Source: Minisyncoccota bacterium
GTDB taxonomy: Bacteria; Patescibacteriota; Minisyncoccia; Minisyncoccales; CG1-02-41-26
Assembly (NCBI GenBank): GCA_028712605.1
Contig: JAQTPV010000002.1
Location: 1-38,057 of the forward strand
Length of the DNA: 38,057 nucleotides
Direction: 5' to 3'
Part shown: one piece after another, positions 6,691-15,900 of the stretch
Numbering within the stretch: position 1 is the first letter of the stretch
Layout: each line of letters opens with the position of its first letter
Notes under the pieces: model-generated
Seen by the model: only the letters and a program-made list of their open reading frames with translations
Database searches by the model: none
What the model was told of the DNA's origin: nothing
Translations under genes and position numbers: made by a program

Positions 6691-9600
6691 ATGTATAGGC
6701 ATATTAAAAAAGTATTTTGGGGGACGATTCTAATCGTCGTTTTTTTACTTTGGGCGGCACCAATTTTAGCAGCATCAACCAATGAGATTCAGCCGTCGCC
6801 CTTAGAGCTGCAGTATCCCAAAATACCAGGCTTAGATGAGCTCCAAGCAGGGCAGCCTTTAATTTTTTACGTTAAATATTTTTTAAACTTATTTTATATC
6901 ATAGCCGCTGGCATAGCGGCTGGCGCTTTGATCTGGGGCGGTTTGATGTATTTAACCAGTAGCCAGTGGCCCAATAACCTCATTAAGGCTCGCGCCATCA
7001 TTAATAGATCACTTTTGGGTTTAGCTATTTTGCTGTGCTCTTACTTATTTTTAATTATTATTAACCCGGGCCTTCTGGTGTTTGATATAAAGGTTCCTCC
7101 AGCCCGACTTACGCCCACCGCACCAGCCTCTGCCTATAAATGCCAAGTGACCTTTACTTATGCGGCCGGCTTGAGTGTAGCTGAAAATGTTTTAAACGAA
7201 TTAACTCAGCAGGCCACGGAGCTTGACGATAAAGGGGAAAAGCAGTCTCGGTTTTTAGTAGACGAAAAAGGCGATATTAAAAGAGACAAAGACGGCGAAT
7301 TGATACCAATATTGGCTGCCGAAGAACCATTCTATGACACTTATCGTTTTTTGGTTGAGGCCCAGCAAATCAGTGAGGAATTGCAGAAGGCTATGAAGAA
7401 ATGCTCTTGCGGCAATACTCTTTTTCACATTGACGCTTTAACAGGTGATTGTCTGCCTGGGATGGAGAAAAAAGAGGCCGAAGCATTTATTAAACAAAAC
7501 CAGAATAAATATAAGGATAACCCGGGACAGGTAGAATGTTTAACTCGTTGTAGTGATTGTTTGCAGAAGGGCTGCGATTTCAAGAAATTAAAAGAGTTGA
7601 GAGATAAGCTTCAAGCCTTATTGGGAGAGGAGATAAAGCTCACTACGGCGGAGCAGCAGCAAGCCCAAGTCAATAATCTGCAAACAGGGCAACAGACGAA
7701 AACGTTACGTTCTCAAACAGCCAAGTTTGCCTTAACGCGATTGGATTATTTAAGAAAAACCCTAGAGGATAATGCCAATGAGTTTTACATCAACAATGCG
7801 GAAGGGTTCTTTGAAACAGATTTTAGGCTCCAGCAGCAGGATTTAATAGCTCAAGGGTGTGATGTGAAGGTCCAAACACCGGAGGTTTTGCAGTCAGCCA
7901 CAGCCAAGAGGCAAATTCCCCTTGAGGCCAGCAACGATCAAATAAATACAAAAGTTGTTTCAGCAAGCAAGTGGACTACTTATTTTAAAGGCTTTTTGGA
8001 TTTAGTGCTTGGCAAGAGCCAGGAGGTTAAAGCCCAAAAGCCAGCTATCTATTTTGACCCTACTGGTTTTTATGGCTGGTTTGATGCTCCTAGCTGGATT
8101 ATGCCTCCTGAAATTATAAACCATAACAGGCAAGTTGAATTGGATGCCAGCCGAGCGAACTTTACAGCGGTTATATTACAAATGTCGTTAGAAGATTTAG
8201 AAAAAATATTCCAGCAATGCCTATCGTCGGCCTTCCAATCGGGAGGATTTAAAATAACTTATCAGGAAATGGAGACGATAGTTAAGATGGCCATGAAGGA
8301 GATTGACAGCAACATCATTGATACTTTAATGGGCAAGAAAGAGGCTCTAGCTGCGTTAGTTGGTAAAACAATCAAAGACGAAAATAAAAATTCTTATGGG
8401 GCCAATTGGGTCAGCTCCGTTGATGCTTGCCAGAAAAAATGTATTGAGGCTTACTTGGGTACTGGCAAGCCAAATACAGCCGATGAAGAAGTCAGAAAAT
8501 ACACCGATAAGTGCAAGGAGCAGTGCTGGGTTTTGCCTCCTAACTTTTTTTCCAACTTGATTACAAGTTTTTTAGCCAGCAATCTTGAAAGCCATTTGCC
8601 AGATACCATACAAAATTTTCTAAACAGCACTTTTAGGGAGTGGGCCTTTAAAGATGATTTGAACAGTAAGTTAGATGCTGAAGCTATAGATTTAATTGGC
8701 AGGACCGCCAATAAAGCCTTAACAGAGAGCTTTGCTAAGCAAATCCCAGTTATTCAAAAAACCTTAGACCAAAAATTACGCGATACAAAATACCTAAGCA
8801 CAGTCATAAAAGCCTTAGATAAGATAGACAAGTTCGTGGCTTCCAGTACCGCTGGTATGCTTGAGAATTTAAATGTTCTGGAAAAGGGTACGGCTGGAGC
8901 TATTGCTGGGTATATCGGGAACAAGGCAGGCCAGCCATTGGACAAGCTCGTTGAAGGATACAAAAGCGATCACCCGGAATACTTTTCCGAATATAATTTG
9001 AAGGATTGCGATAAGATTTTAACCACAGGGCAAACTTTAAAAAGCGCCAAAAGTAACAAAAACATTTGCGACCTTAGCAGTCCCTTAACAGAAACACAGG
9101 TGGCTAATGAGCAAATTAGATGCTTAAAATTGTCTCCCCAAGAAATCACTGGTTTAAGGGGCTACCTTGGTGTTGGGGACATAAATGTATCAAGGAATGG
9201 GAATGAATACGGGCCCGATGTTGGCGAGGGCATGATAACTTGGGGGGTGTGCAGGTCCGCTAAAGAGGAACGAGAGAATATTTGTAGGGCCGCTGGCTAT
9301 TGCTGGCAGCCAAGCGGGGAAGATTCAAAAACTTACGAATGCCAAGGGTGCAAGTATAAATATGTCTTTGACGGGGACAATTATAAAATTAGTTCTCAAG
9401 ATGTTAAAAAGGCCGTGATATCTGGCACGGTAAACTTTATGGGTGGGCTTTTTTCGGCCTTTTTGCAAACGATTACGTACGCCGCCGTGAAGTATGCTGA
9501 AGTGTGGGTGCAAGACGAAGTGCTGACCCCCTTAAGGCCGTTTATAAGTCAGCTCCAGGTTTGGCAGAAAGAATTTAATCAATTTTTGCAGGAGGGGACA

Positions 9601-12600
9601 ATTAGCGATATCTTGCCCACCTTTGTTACTAACACCTTGCAAAGCAGTGCCGACACAGCGTTAAAGAATATTTGCAATGCCTATCAAAACAAACAATCTA
9701 TACAGGTTGTAAAGCCGTTTAATTTTGGTGATGTGGTTAAGTGGGGCGAGGATGAAAAAGAAGTGAGCTCTAAAGGTTTGGTTTTAGATTATGAAACCTG
9801 GAATTTTGGAAACCCCAATGACCAAAGCAAGTGGAGTATTGGCTCTTCTTCCTGCAATATTTACAATACCTTGCATACAACGCCCATGGGCCAGTTAGAT
9901 AAAATTAAGCACTGCAAGAAAAAAGCTGATGGAACCCAAGAGTGCAAAACCTTAGCTGAATTTTTAAATACCGACATTGAAGATTTAATAAACTCTCTTG
10001 ATACTCACTGTAATGATGATCTAAGGGCGGGCAAGGAGTGCCGAACTTTTAAAAGCTACCTTGAGGATCCTATTGAGCAATGGGTTTTTGGAGGGAAAAT
10101 ATCAAAGTTTCTTAAGGGCAATATAAAACAGATGGTTTGCGGAGAGCTATTAGATAGGGATTTTGGAATTGCCCTTGATACAAAAAAAGAAACCTTAGAT
10201 AAGTTTTGCGATGGTGTCAGGCTTGCTCCCTCTGGAATAGTTGCTACTGCAGCAAACATAAGAAGCATGAAGGATAAAACGAGAAGCCAGAAAGCTCAAG
10301 AATTAAGGGGTAAGGGCCTTGGCTTTTTCCCTCTTATTGATAAGGAAAAAGCCCAAGGCATCACTGATGCTCAAAGAATTTCCTGTTATATAAATTATTA
10401 TGCTTGCCATAATCCATTACAGTCTTTCCAAAGGCAAATTGGCAATACCCTATCGCAAATGCTGGCCTTGAGCTGCAATATAGTTGATACAAGGGTTAAG
10501 ATGGGGGGGTTGGATTGCAAGAATTGGGACAGCCCAGATTTTATCAAAACTAATTTAGGGAAGGATTGGCAGCCCTACTGTGAGATTTGCGATTTGATGG
10601 AAAATAAAAATGGCTCTTATCTTATCATAAGGGCTGTTGTTGAATCTTACTTTGGGGATAAACCAAAAGACGCCCAAAAGAGAAAAGAAGAAATAAATAC
10701 TTATGAGTGGGTTTGCTCAATGGCTCCCGATTGGTGTAATGAGGCCAAGGAGGTGGCTAAAGAAAGAGGCATAAGCGCCAACGAAATTATACTTTATACG
10801 GACATAGCCAGTCTTCCGCAGGACGTTGAGGCAGCCGGTAAAATCTTTATTGCTAACTTAACAGATCAGGGCCAAACCATAAATCAATTTTTAGTTAAAA
10901 TTCCAGATGGGATCATAAAATCTTTGGGTATTGATAAAGACACAAATAAAGGGGAGGCTACCTTGTTGAAAGGGAAAGGAGAGGGATCGGATAAAAACTT
11001 TTTAAGCCGAACGCCTTATCAATTTTTGCACGATGATGTTTGCGCAAAAATTGAAAAAGATTACAAAGAAAATCATAAGCAGTATACTTTTGAGGCCTTA
11101 AGGACAGGCGAGCTTAAAAAGCTTCCCAAAAATGCTTTGCCATATTCAGTGGAGGGCTTAGCTGAAGTTACAACCGCTGACGTTTTTAAGGCTTTAAGCG
11201 ACCTGGATGTTGATGTGGTTGGGATTGACCCCGAGGAATTAATCGCCTATTCAACCTGCTTGTCTTTGGATTATTCTCCAGCAGAAATAATGGGCTTGTC
11301 TTCCACTATGGAGCACTATGTTAATCCTCCAGAATATAGAATACTGTTTAGGCTGGTTCGCGACAATTTGTCTGATGACGAAATGCCCAAGGCCTTATCG
11401 CAGCTTTTAGACTTTATGCTTAATCAAACGCCAACCGGCGTTATGAAAAGCCTGGGCTTTTATTTAACCAACAACAATACCATTGGCATATTTTCCATAG
11501 ACTTTCAAAAATGGGCAATCAACACCGATAACACTGCCAGAAAAACGGAGATTCAGGGGAGTTTAAGCTCTGGCAGAATCAGCAGCAGCTTGAAACCTAT
11601 TTTGGAGGTTCAGAAAGTTATTCCTTTTGAGGATGAAAATCCCAATATAACTTTAGTGAAGATAGATAAAACAACCTTTCCTGGCTTGGCTGATTTAACA
11701 GTAGAAGAAAAATCAGGGTTACAAAATATCTGGCAAGTTAACGTCAATGGTCAAGACACAAAGTATAAAATATTTCAAAAAACGAGCTCTGTGGATGTTT
11801 ATTTTTATCCAGATGTTAATGGGCAGACAATTATTGCAGCAGCTGACTTTTTAGACACTAAAATAGGTTCTTTAATATCGCAGCAAACCAATAAGACTTT
11901 AGTTGAGCTTCTGATGGGAGAAAACGGCAAGAAGAAATTGTGCTCTGATTTGAAGTGCGAGGAGTGGGCGATGATTCAAAAACTTTTTGATAAAAGCCTG
12001 TTGGCTATGATTTCAGAGAACATAAAAAATCCGCTGTTTAGCGATGAATTATTGAAAAAACTAATGAGCCCCAACTTTTCAGTTATGAATTATTTGGCTG
12101 AAAAATATCCAATACTGAAAAAGCCATATTTTGACGTACTGTTTAACAAGTTGCCAAAAGAATGGCAGACTGATTTTGCGGCCAGCTATTACGGAGCAAG
12201 TAAAAGGAAAGAGGCCTTTGACAATTCGGTGGATAAGGCGGTTTCGGCTGTGCAAAAAACAGTCCAAGAGGGTTTTGATACAGCCTTAATAGAGGCCCCG
12301 AATTGGCTTTGGGATAAAATCGCTGGACTTTGGAATAAAAAGATGGGTGAAAATTTCAGCAATAATGTGAGCGGCACTTGCCGAGAGGTTAATACTGACT
12401 CTGTTTGCGATAAGGATAATTTAAAAGAAGTTTATAGGGAAACAATACAACCGGACGGCTCCCTTAAAAAGGAATGTTGTTCAACTGGCCAGCCCTTAGT
12501 ATGTGATCCAAGGTGCAGGGTTAAGCCAGGGCAAGGAACTTGTGCTTTTGAAAAAGGTGAGGTTTTGGAAAAAGGAGCTTTAGTTGGTGGTCAAAAAGTT

Positions 12601-12918
12601 GATGCCTGCTGTTTTAAGGGATGTCAGCAATGCAGAATGGCTAATGCCAGAGAGGTTGTGAATGGCAAGTGCCCTACGGCAGGGGAAGAATTAAAAGAAG
12701 CCAAAGATGCCAATGGAGAAACGATAAAACTTTGCTGTTCCAAAAGAACCCAGCGGGACTCTTACGAAAAAGGCGTCAAGATCGGAGAGAAATGTTGTTT
12801 ATCTGTGACCGACTGCATTACTAATCAGTTCGCGGACGGACTTTCCATTTTAGCTGAAATGATTGCTAAGAATGCGATACCAGTCAGTTCGTTAAGAGAT
12901 TTGCCTTTGAATAAATAA
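6691..12918 (+). CDS. Giant (2075 aa) surface protein: N-terminal VirB2/TrbC-like T4SS pilin hairpin fused to a ~1940-aa Cys-containing ectodomain
   Basis: An uninterrupted 6.2 kb ORF. Signal peptide VFLLWAAPILAAS is followed by two hydrophobic helices around a short basic loop (IIAAGIAAGALIWGGLMYLTSSQWPNNLIKARAIINRSLLGLAILLCSYLFLIIINP). The remainder is hydrophilic with many Cys motifs and no enzymatic motif I recognise. Confidence 0.75.
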   Translation: MYRHIKKVFWGTILIVVFLLWAAPILAASTNEIQPSPLELQYPKIPGLDELQAGQPLIFYVKYFLNLFYIIAAGIAAGALIWGGLMYLTSSQWPNNLIKARAIINRSLLGLAILLCSYLFLIIINPGLLVFDIKVPPARLTPTAPASAYKCQVTFTYAAGLSVAENVLNELTQQATELDDKGEKQSRFLVDEKGDIKRDKDGELIPILAAEEPFYDTYRFLVEAQQISEELQKAMKKCSCGNTLFHIDALTGDCLPGMEKKEAEAFIKQNQNKYKDNPGQVECLTRCSDCLQKGCDFKKLKELRDKLQALLGEEIKLTTAEQQQAQVNNLQTGQQTKTLRSQTAKFALTRLDYLRKTLEDNANEFYINNAEGFFETDFRLQQQDLIAQGCDVKVQTPEVLQSATAKRQIPLEASNDQINTKVVSASKWTTYFKGFLDLVLGKSQEVKAQKPAIYFDPTGFYGWFDAPSWIMPPEIINHNRQVELDASRANFTAVILQMSLEDLEKIFQQCLSSAFQSGGFKITYQEMETIVKMAMKEIDSNIIDTLMGKKEALAALVGKTIKDENKNSYGANWVSSVDACQKKCIEAYLGTGKPNTADEEVRKYTDKCKEQCWVLPPNFFSNLITSFLASNLESHLPDTIQNFLNSTFREWAFKDDLNSKLDAEAIDLIGRTANKALTESFAKQIPVIQKTLDQKLRDTKYLSTVIKALDKIDKFVASSTAGMLENLNVLEKGTAGAIAGYIGNKAGQPLDKLVEGYKSDHPEYFSEYNLKDCDKILTTGQTLKSAKSNKNICDLSSPLTETQVANEQIRCLKLSPQEITGLRGYLGVGDINVSRNGNEYGPDVGEGMITWGVCRSAKEERENICRAAGYCWQPSGEDSKTYECQGCKYKYVFDGDNYKISSQDVKKAVISGTVNFMGGLFSAFLQTITYAAVKYAEVWVQDEVLTPLRPFISQLQVWQKEFNQFLQEGTISDILPTFVTNTLQSSADTALKNICNAYQNKQSIQVVKPFNFGDVVKWGEDEKEVSSKGLVLDYETWNFGNPNDQSKWSIGSSSCNIYNTLHTTPMGQLDKIKHCKKKADGTQECKTLAEFLNTDIEDLINSLDTHCNDDLRAGKECRTFKSYLEDPIEQWVFGGKISKFLKGNIKQMVCGELLDRDFGIALDTKKETLDKFCDGVRLAPSGIVATAANIRSMKDKTRSQKAQELRGKGLGFFPLIDKEKAQGITDAQRISCYINYYACHNPLQSFQRQIGNTLSQMLALSCNIVDTRVKMGGLDCKNWDSPDFIKTNLGKDWQPYCEICDLMENKNGSYLIIRAVVESYFGDKPKDAQKRKEEINTYEWVCSMAPDWCNEAKEVAKERGISANEIILYTDIASLPQDVEAAGKIFIANLTDQGQTINQFLVKIPDGIIKSLGIDKDTNKGEATLLKGKGEGSDKNFLSRTPYQFLHDDVCAKIEKDYKENHKQYTFEALRTGELKKLPKNALPYSVEGLAEVTTADVFKALSDLDVDVVGIDPEELIAYSTCLSLDYSPAEIMGLSSTMEHYVNPPEYRILFRLVRDNLSDDEMPKALSQLLDFMLNQTPTGVMKSLGFYLTNNNTIGIFSIDFQKWAINTDNTARKTEIQGSLSSGRISSSLKPILEVQKVIPFEDENPNITLVKIDKTTFPGLADLTVEEKSGLQNIWQVNVNGQDTKYKIFQKTSSVDVYFYPDVNGQTIIAAADFLDTKIGSLISQQTNKTLVELLMGENGKKKLCSDLKCEEWAMIQKLFDKSLLAMISENIKNPLFSDELLKKLMSPNFSVMNYLAEKYPILKKPYFDVLFNKLPKEWQTDFAASYYGASKRKEAFDNSVDKAVSAVQKTVQEGFDTALIEAPNWLWDKIAGLWNKKMGENFSNNVSGTCREVNTDSVCDKDNLKEVYRETIQPDGSLKKECCSTGQPLVCDPRCRVKPGQGTCAFEKGEVLEKGALVGGQKVDACCFKGCQQCRMANAREVVNGKCPTAGEELKEAKDANGETIKLCCSKRTQRDSYEKGVKIGEKCCLSVTDCITNQFADGLSILAEMIAKNAIPVSSLRDLPLNK

Positions 12919-12920
12919 CC

Positions 12921-15900
12921 ATGATAGGCTTTAAAAGACAAAAATTAAAAAAGGTTATCAGCTTAGTTGTGGGGCTTTCGGTTTTGTTGGAAATTCTTTT
13001 GCCATTGCAGGAAGCAAGGGCCGGTTGGTTTGAAGATTTGATGGGCAAATTCACCAAGGCCTTGCCTCTGCCGGATAATTTGGACTATGAAAATAATGGC
13101 AATATTACGTTCGGGACTTGGTTTAAATTTTGTCCTTTCACTACTTCTGCTGCATGTAACGACCCTGATTGTGTGAAAGCGGATAAGTGTGAAAATGATA
13201 ATGGTTGCAAAAATCAGATAACTTGCAAAAATTCCGAAATAAGATTTTGCAGCAAGGGGGGGGTGTGTGCTTGCGCCGGTTGTAATGATGAAGAAAATTT
13301 TGAAGTTAAACTAAATGGGACATCTGAAATTGACGGACAAAAAGTTTCCAATTATATTTGTAAGAATAAAAAAAAGCCGAGTGAAACAGCTTGCCCAATT
13401 ATTAATGAATCACTTGAATGCGCTAAGAGGAATAAATTTCCTCCAGTTACCTTGCCTAATGGGCAAGCGGATACGGAGTGCTATAAATGCTCCAATGTTT
13501 TGAATGCAATCCAAACAAGTGATAGTTCCCACAAAACAGTTATTTTTGATGAAACGACCCAAAGCTACAAATTGCCCAACTATATCTTGCCCGCAGAATG
13601 CGAATTGAAAATGCTTGCGGGTCCAACGGGCGAAACCGAAAGCAAAAAAGAGGAAAGATTGGCTAAGGCCAGATCTTGTTTGGAGCTTGAGCAGCTGCAA
13701 AGGGAGGCAGGCCAGGCTGTTTTTTCTGCCAAAAAGCTTTACAATGCCACCGACCCGTTTTCTTCCTGCCAGTTTTTAGGCACTTGCAAAACCTCTTGTT
13801 TTTTAAAGTTTGGAGAAATGTCTTATACCATCACTTTAGTTGATGTTTTAAAAAGTATAACGCCCACCGGCTATCTTTTGTGGGCGCAAAGGATTTACAG
13901 TATCGTTAAGGTGATTCAAAAAGCTAAGTCCCTGGTGGACACAGCCAAATCTTTTTATAAGGCGGTTGACACGTTGGTCAACAAATTAGAAGAACTTGTT
14001 TATAACACCAAGGCCCTTTACGATTCTTTTAAAAAAATTGGGCTTAAATGGTCAGATCCTGGTAGCGGACTGGTTGGTATCATAGATGATTTTGCTTCGG
14101 GCTTGGAAAACTTTGGGATTGCCAAGTCCGAGTCCCTGTCAACCATTGATGTTATTGGCCAGAACTTAAGGAATAATATAAAGGCTGATTTGATGACGAA
14201 AGATAGCGTGAGCTTTCTTTTCAGCGACAACCAAAACAGGGCGAAATTAAATGAGGCCTTAACTCCTTTGTTTTTATCTTTAAAAAGTACAAATACTATA
14301 CTGGATGAAGTTATCAAAAATACTTTAACCGTGCCCTCACGGCAATATAAACAACAAGAATGCTCCGGCAACCCGCCTGGCCCAATGAACCTAGGAGACC
14401 AATGCCTTAATTGTTTTACTTGTCGTACCTACGATGCCTATCAGCTTCAGCCTAGCACGGGTTATGCTCTTTACAGTGATAGATGCAAGAATCTGCATAG
14501 CGAATATCCGCACTTTTGTCCTGTGGTTAAGCGCTCTATTAATGATTATGCCGGTTGGGACTATATTTGTAATCCTTTGTTTAACCCGAATACAGAAGAG
14601 GACATAAAGAGCCGATACGAAGCTTATTTTCAGGCTGGGAATGTTGTAAAGTTGCAAAATTTGACCGACGAAGGTAAGGAATTAGTTTTAGAGCGCCATG
14701 CTGGCGAGCCAGACCCCGACTATCAAAGCGAAGTTGTCCCAATCAAGGTACCGTATAATTATCAAATTAACCCACCGCAGGATGAAGTGTTTTGTTCCAT
14801 ACCAAGTCGCATTAAGCCTAGGTTCCAAACAACAGGGCCAGCCCAGGCGGGAGATACCAGGAATTGGTTTGAAATTTACCAAACAGCGGCCGGCAAAATA
14901 ATGCGGCTTAAGAACGGCTTAGCTAACATCGTAAGTGACATTAAAGACTATAATAGCGGTCCTTTCAGGTTTACCGGCAGCCTCGCAGTTATTAATAACA
15001 ATATATATTCATCTCAAAAATTAATTTACGACATTAAAAATGAAATTCGTGTTTTAGATTTAACTAACCTAAAGTTAAAGGGTGATTTTGATAATAGATG
15101 CAAGAATAAAACTAAAGATTGTGCTAAATACCCCTGCAGTATAGAAGAGCAAGCATGCTTCGGCACTCCATACTGGCAAGAGTACGGTTGGTATGAGGCA
15201 ACCTTTCCAAGCGGGAATCCAATTCCCAAGGATGCTTGTTTGAATAGTTGGCAAGCCGTATACGGGCCTGACGCTAAAAAAAATGGCTATCAGTCAGATT
15301 TAATGCAGGTTGACTGGGAGACCCAAATAGAAAATTTATCTGCCTCTGTCATTAACTTGGAACAGATGATGAATGGCCTCCCGAGTTGTTTAAGTGCCCC
15401 CTGCTTATCCCCCAATGATGCGGCTATTATATTCTGGCTTAATGGGGCTAAAAATAATGTTGGCAGTTTGACTAACACATTTATCTCTGGCCTTAAAAAA
15501 GAAATTTGTCCTGCCGGGGCCTATAACGATTGCCTGGATTATTGCAATGGCGATAATTATAAGAAGACTTATTCAAGCTGCAGGACGGCTTGTTCAGGGT
15601 TTAGTCCAGCCTCGGGGGCTGTGAATGCCTGCAGGGATTACTGCAAGGACAGGTGCGACGGGAGCAGTTCTTGCTCGGTGTCTAGATGTAAAACCGCCTG
15701 CGGTAGGGGCGATGATGCATGCCCTCAAGACCCCTTTGCGAAGTATAACCTTGAGGCTAATTTGAAAAGTTTTCTGGATAGTATCGCAGCCATTAGCGAT
15801 CGTTTTTTGACGATTCAGAACGTTTGGAATCAGCAATCGCCAGGCTCCCCTCCACAGCCAGACGGAAGGCCGAGAGCAGAGCTTGATGTGGCTGAAACAT

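Noticed and set aside
13410-14371. Antisense and out-of-frame ORFs of 60-214 aa inside long genes: 13410-13700(-), 14018-14371(-), 19497-19817(-), 21759-22064(-), 23007-23405(-), 26117-26761(+), 27687-28004(+), 32336-32593(-), 35947-36252(+)
   Set aside because: All are fully embedded in much longer ORFs that have recognisable motifs or signal peptides. They have skewed, low-complexity composition typical of shadow ORFs. 35947-36252 would also run through the tRNA.
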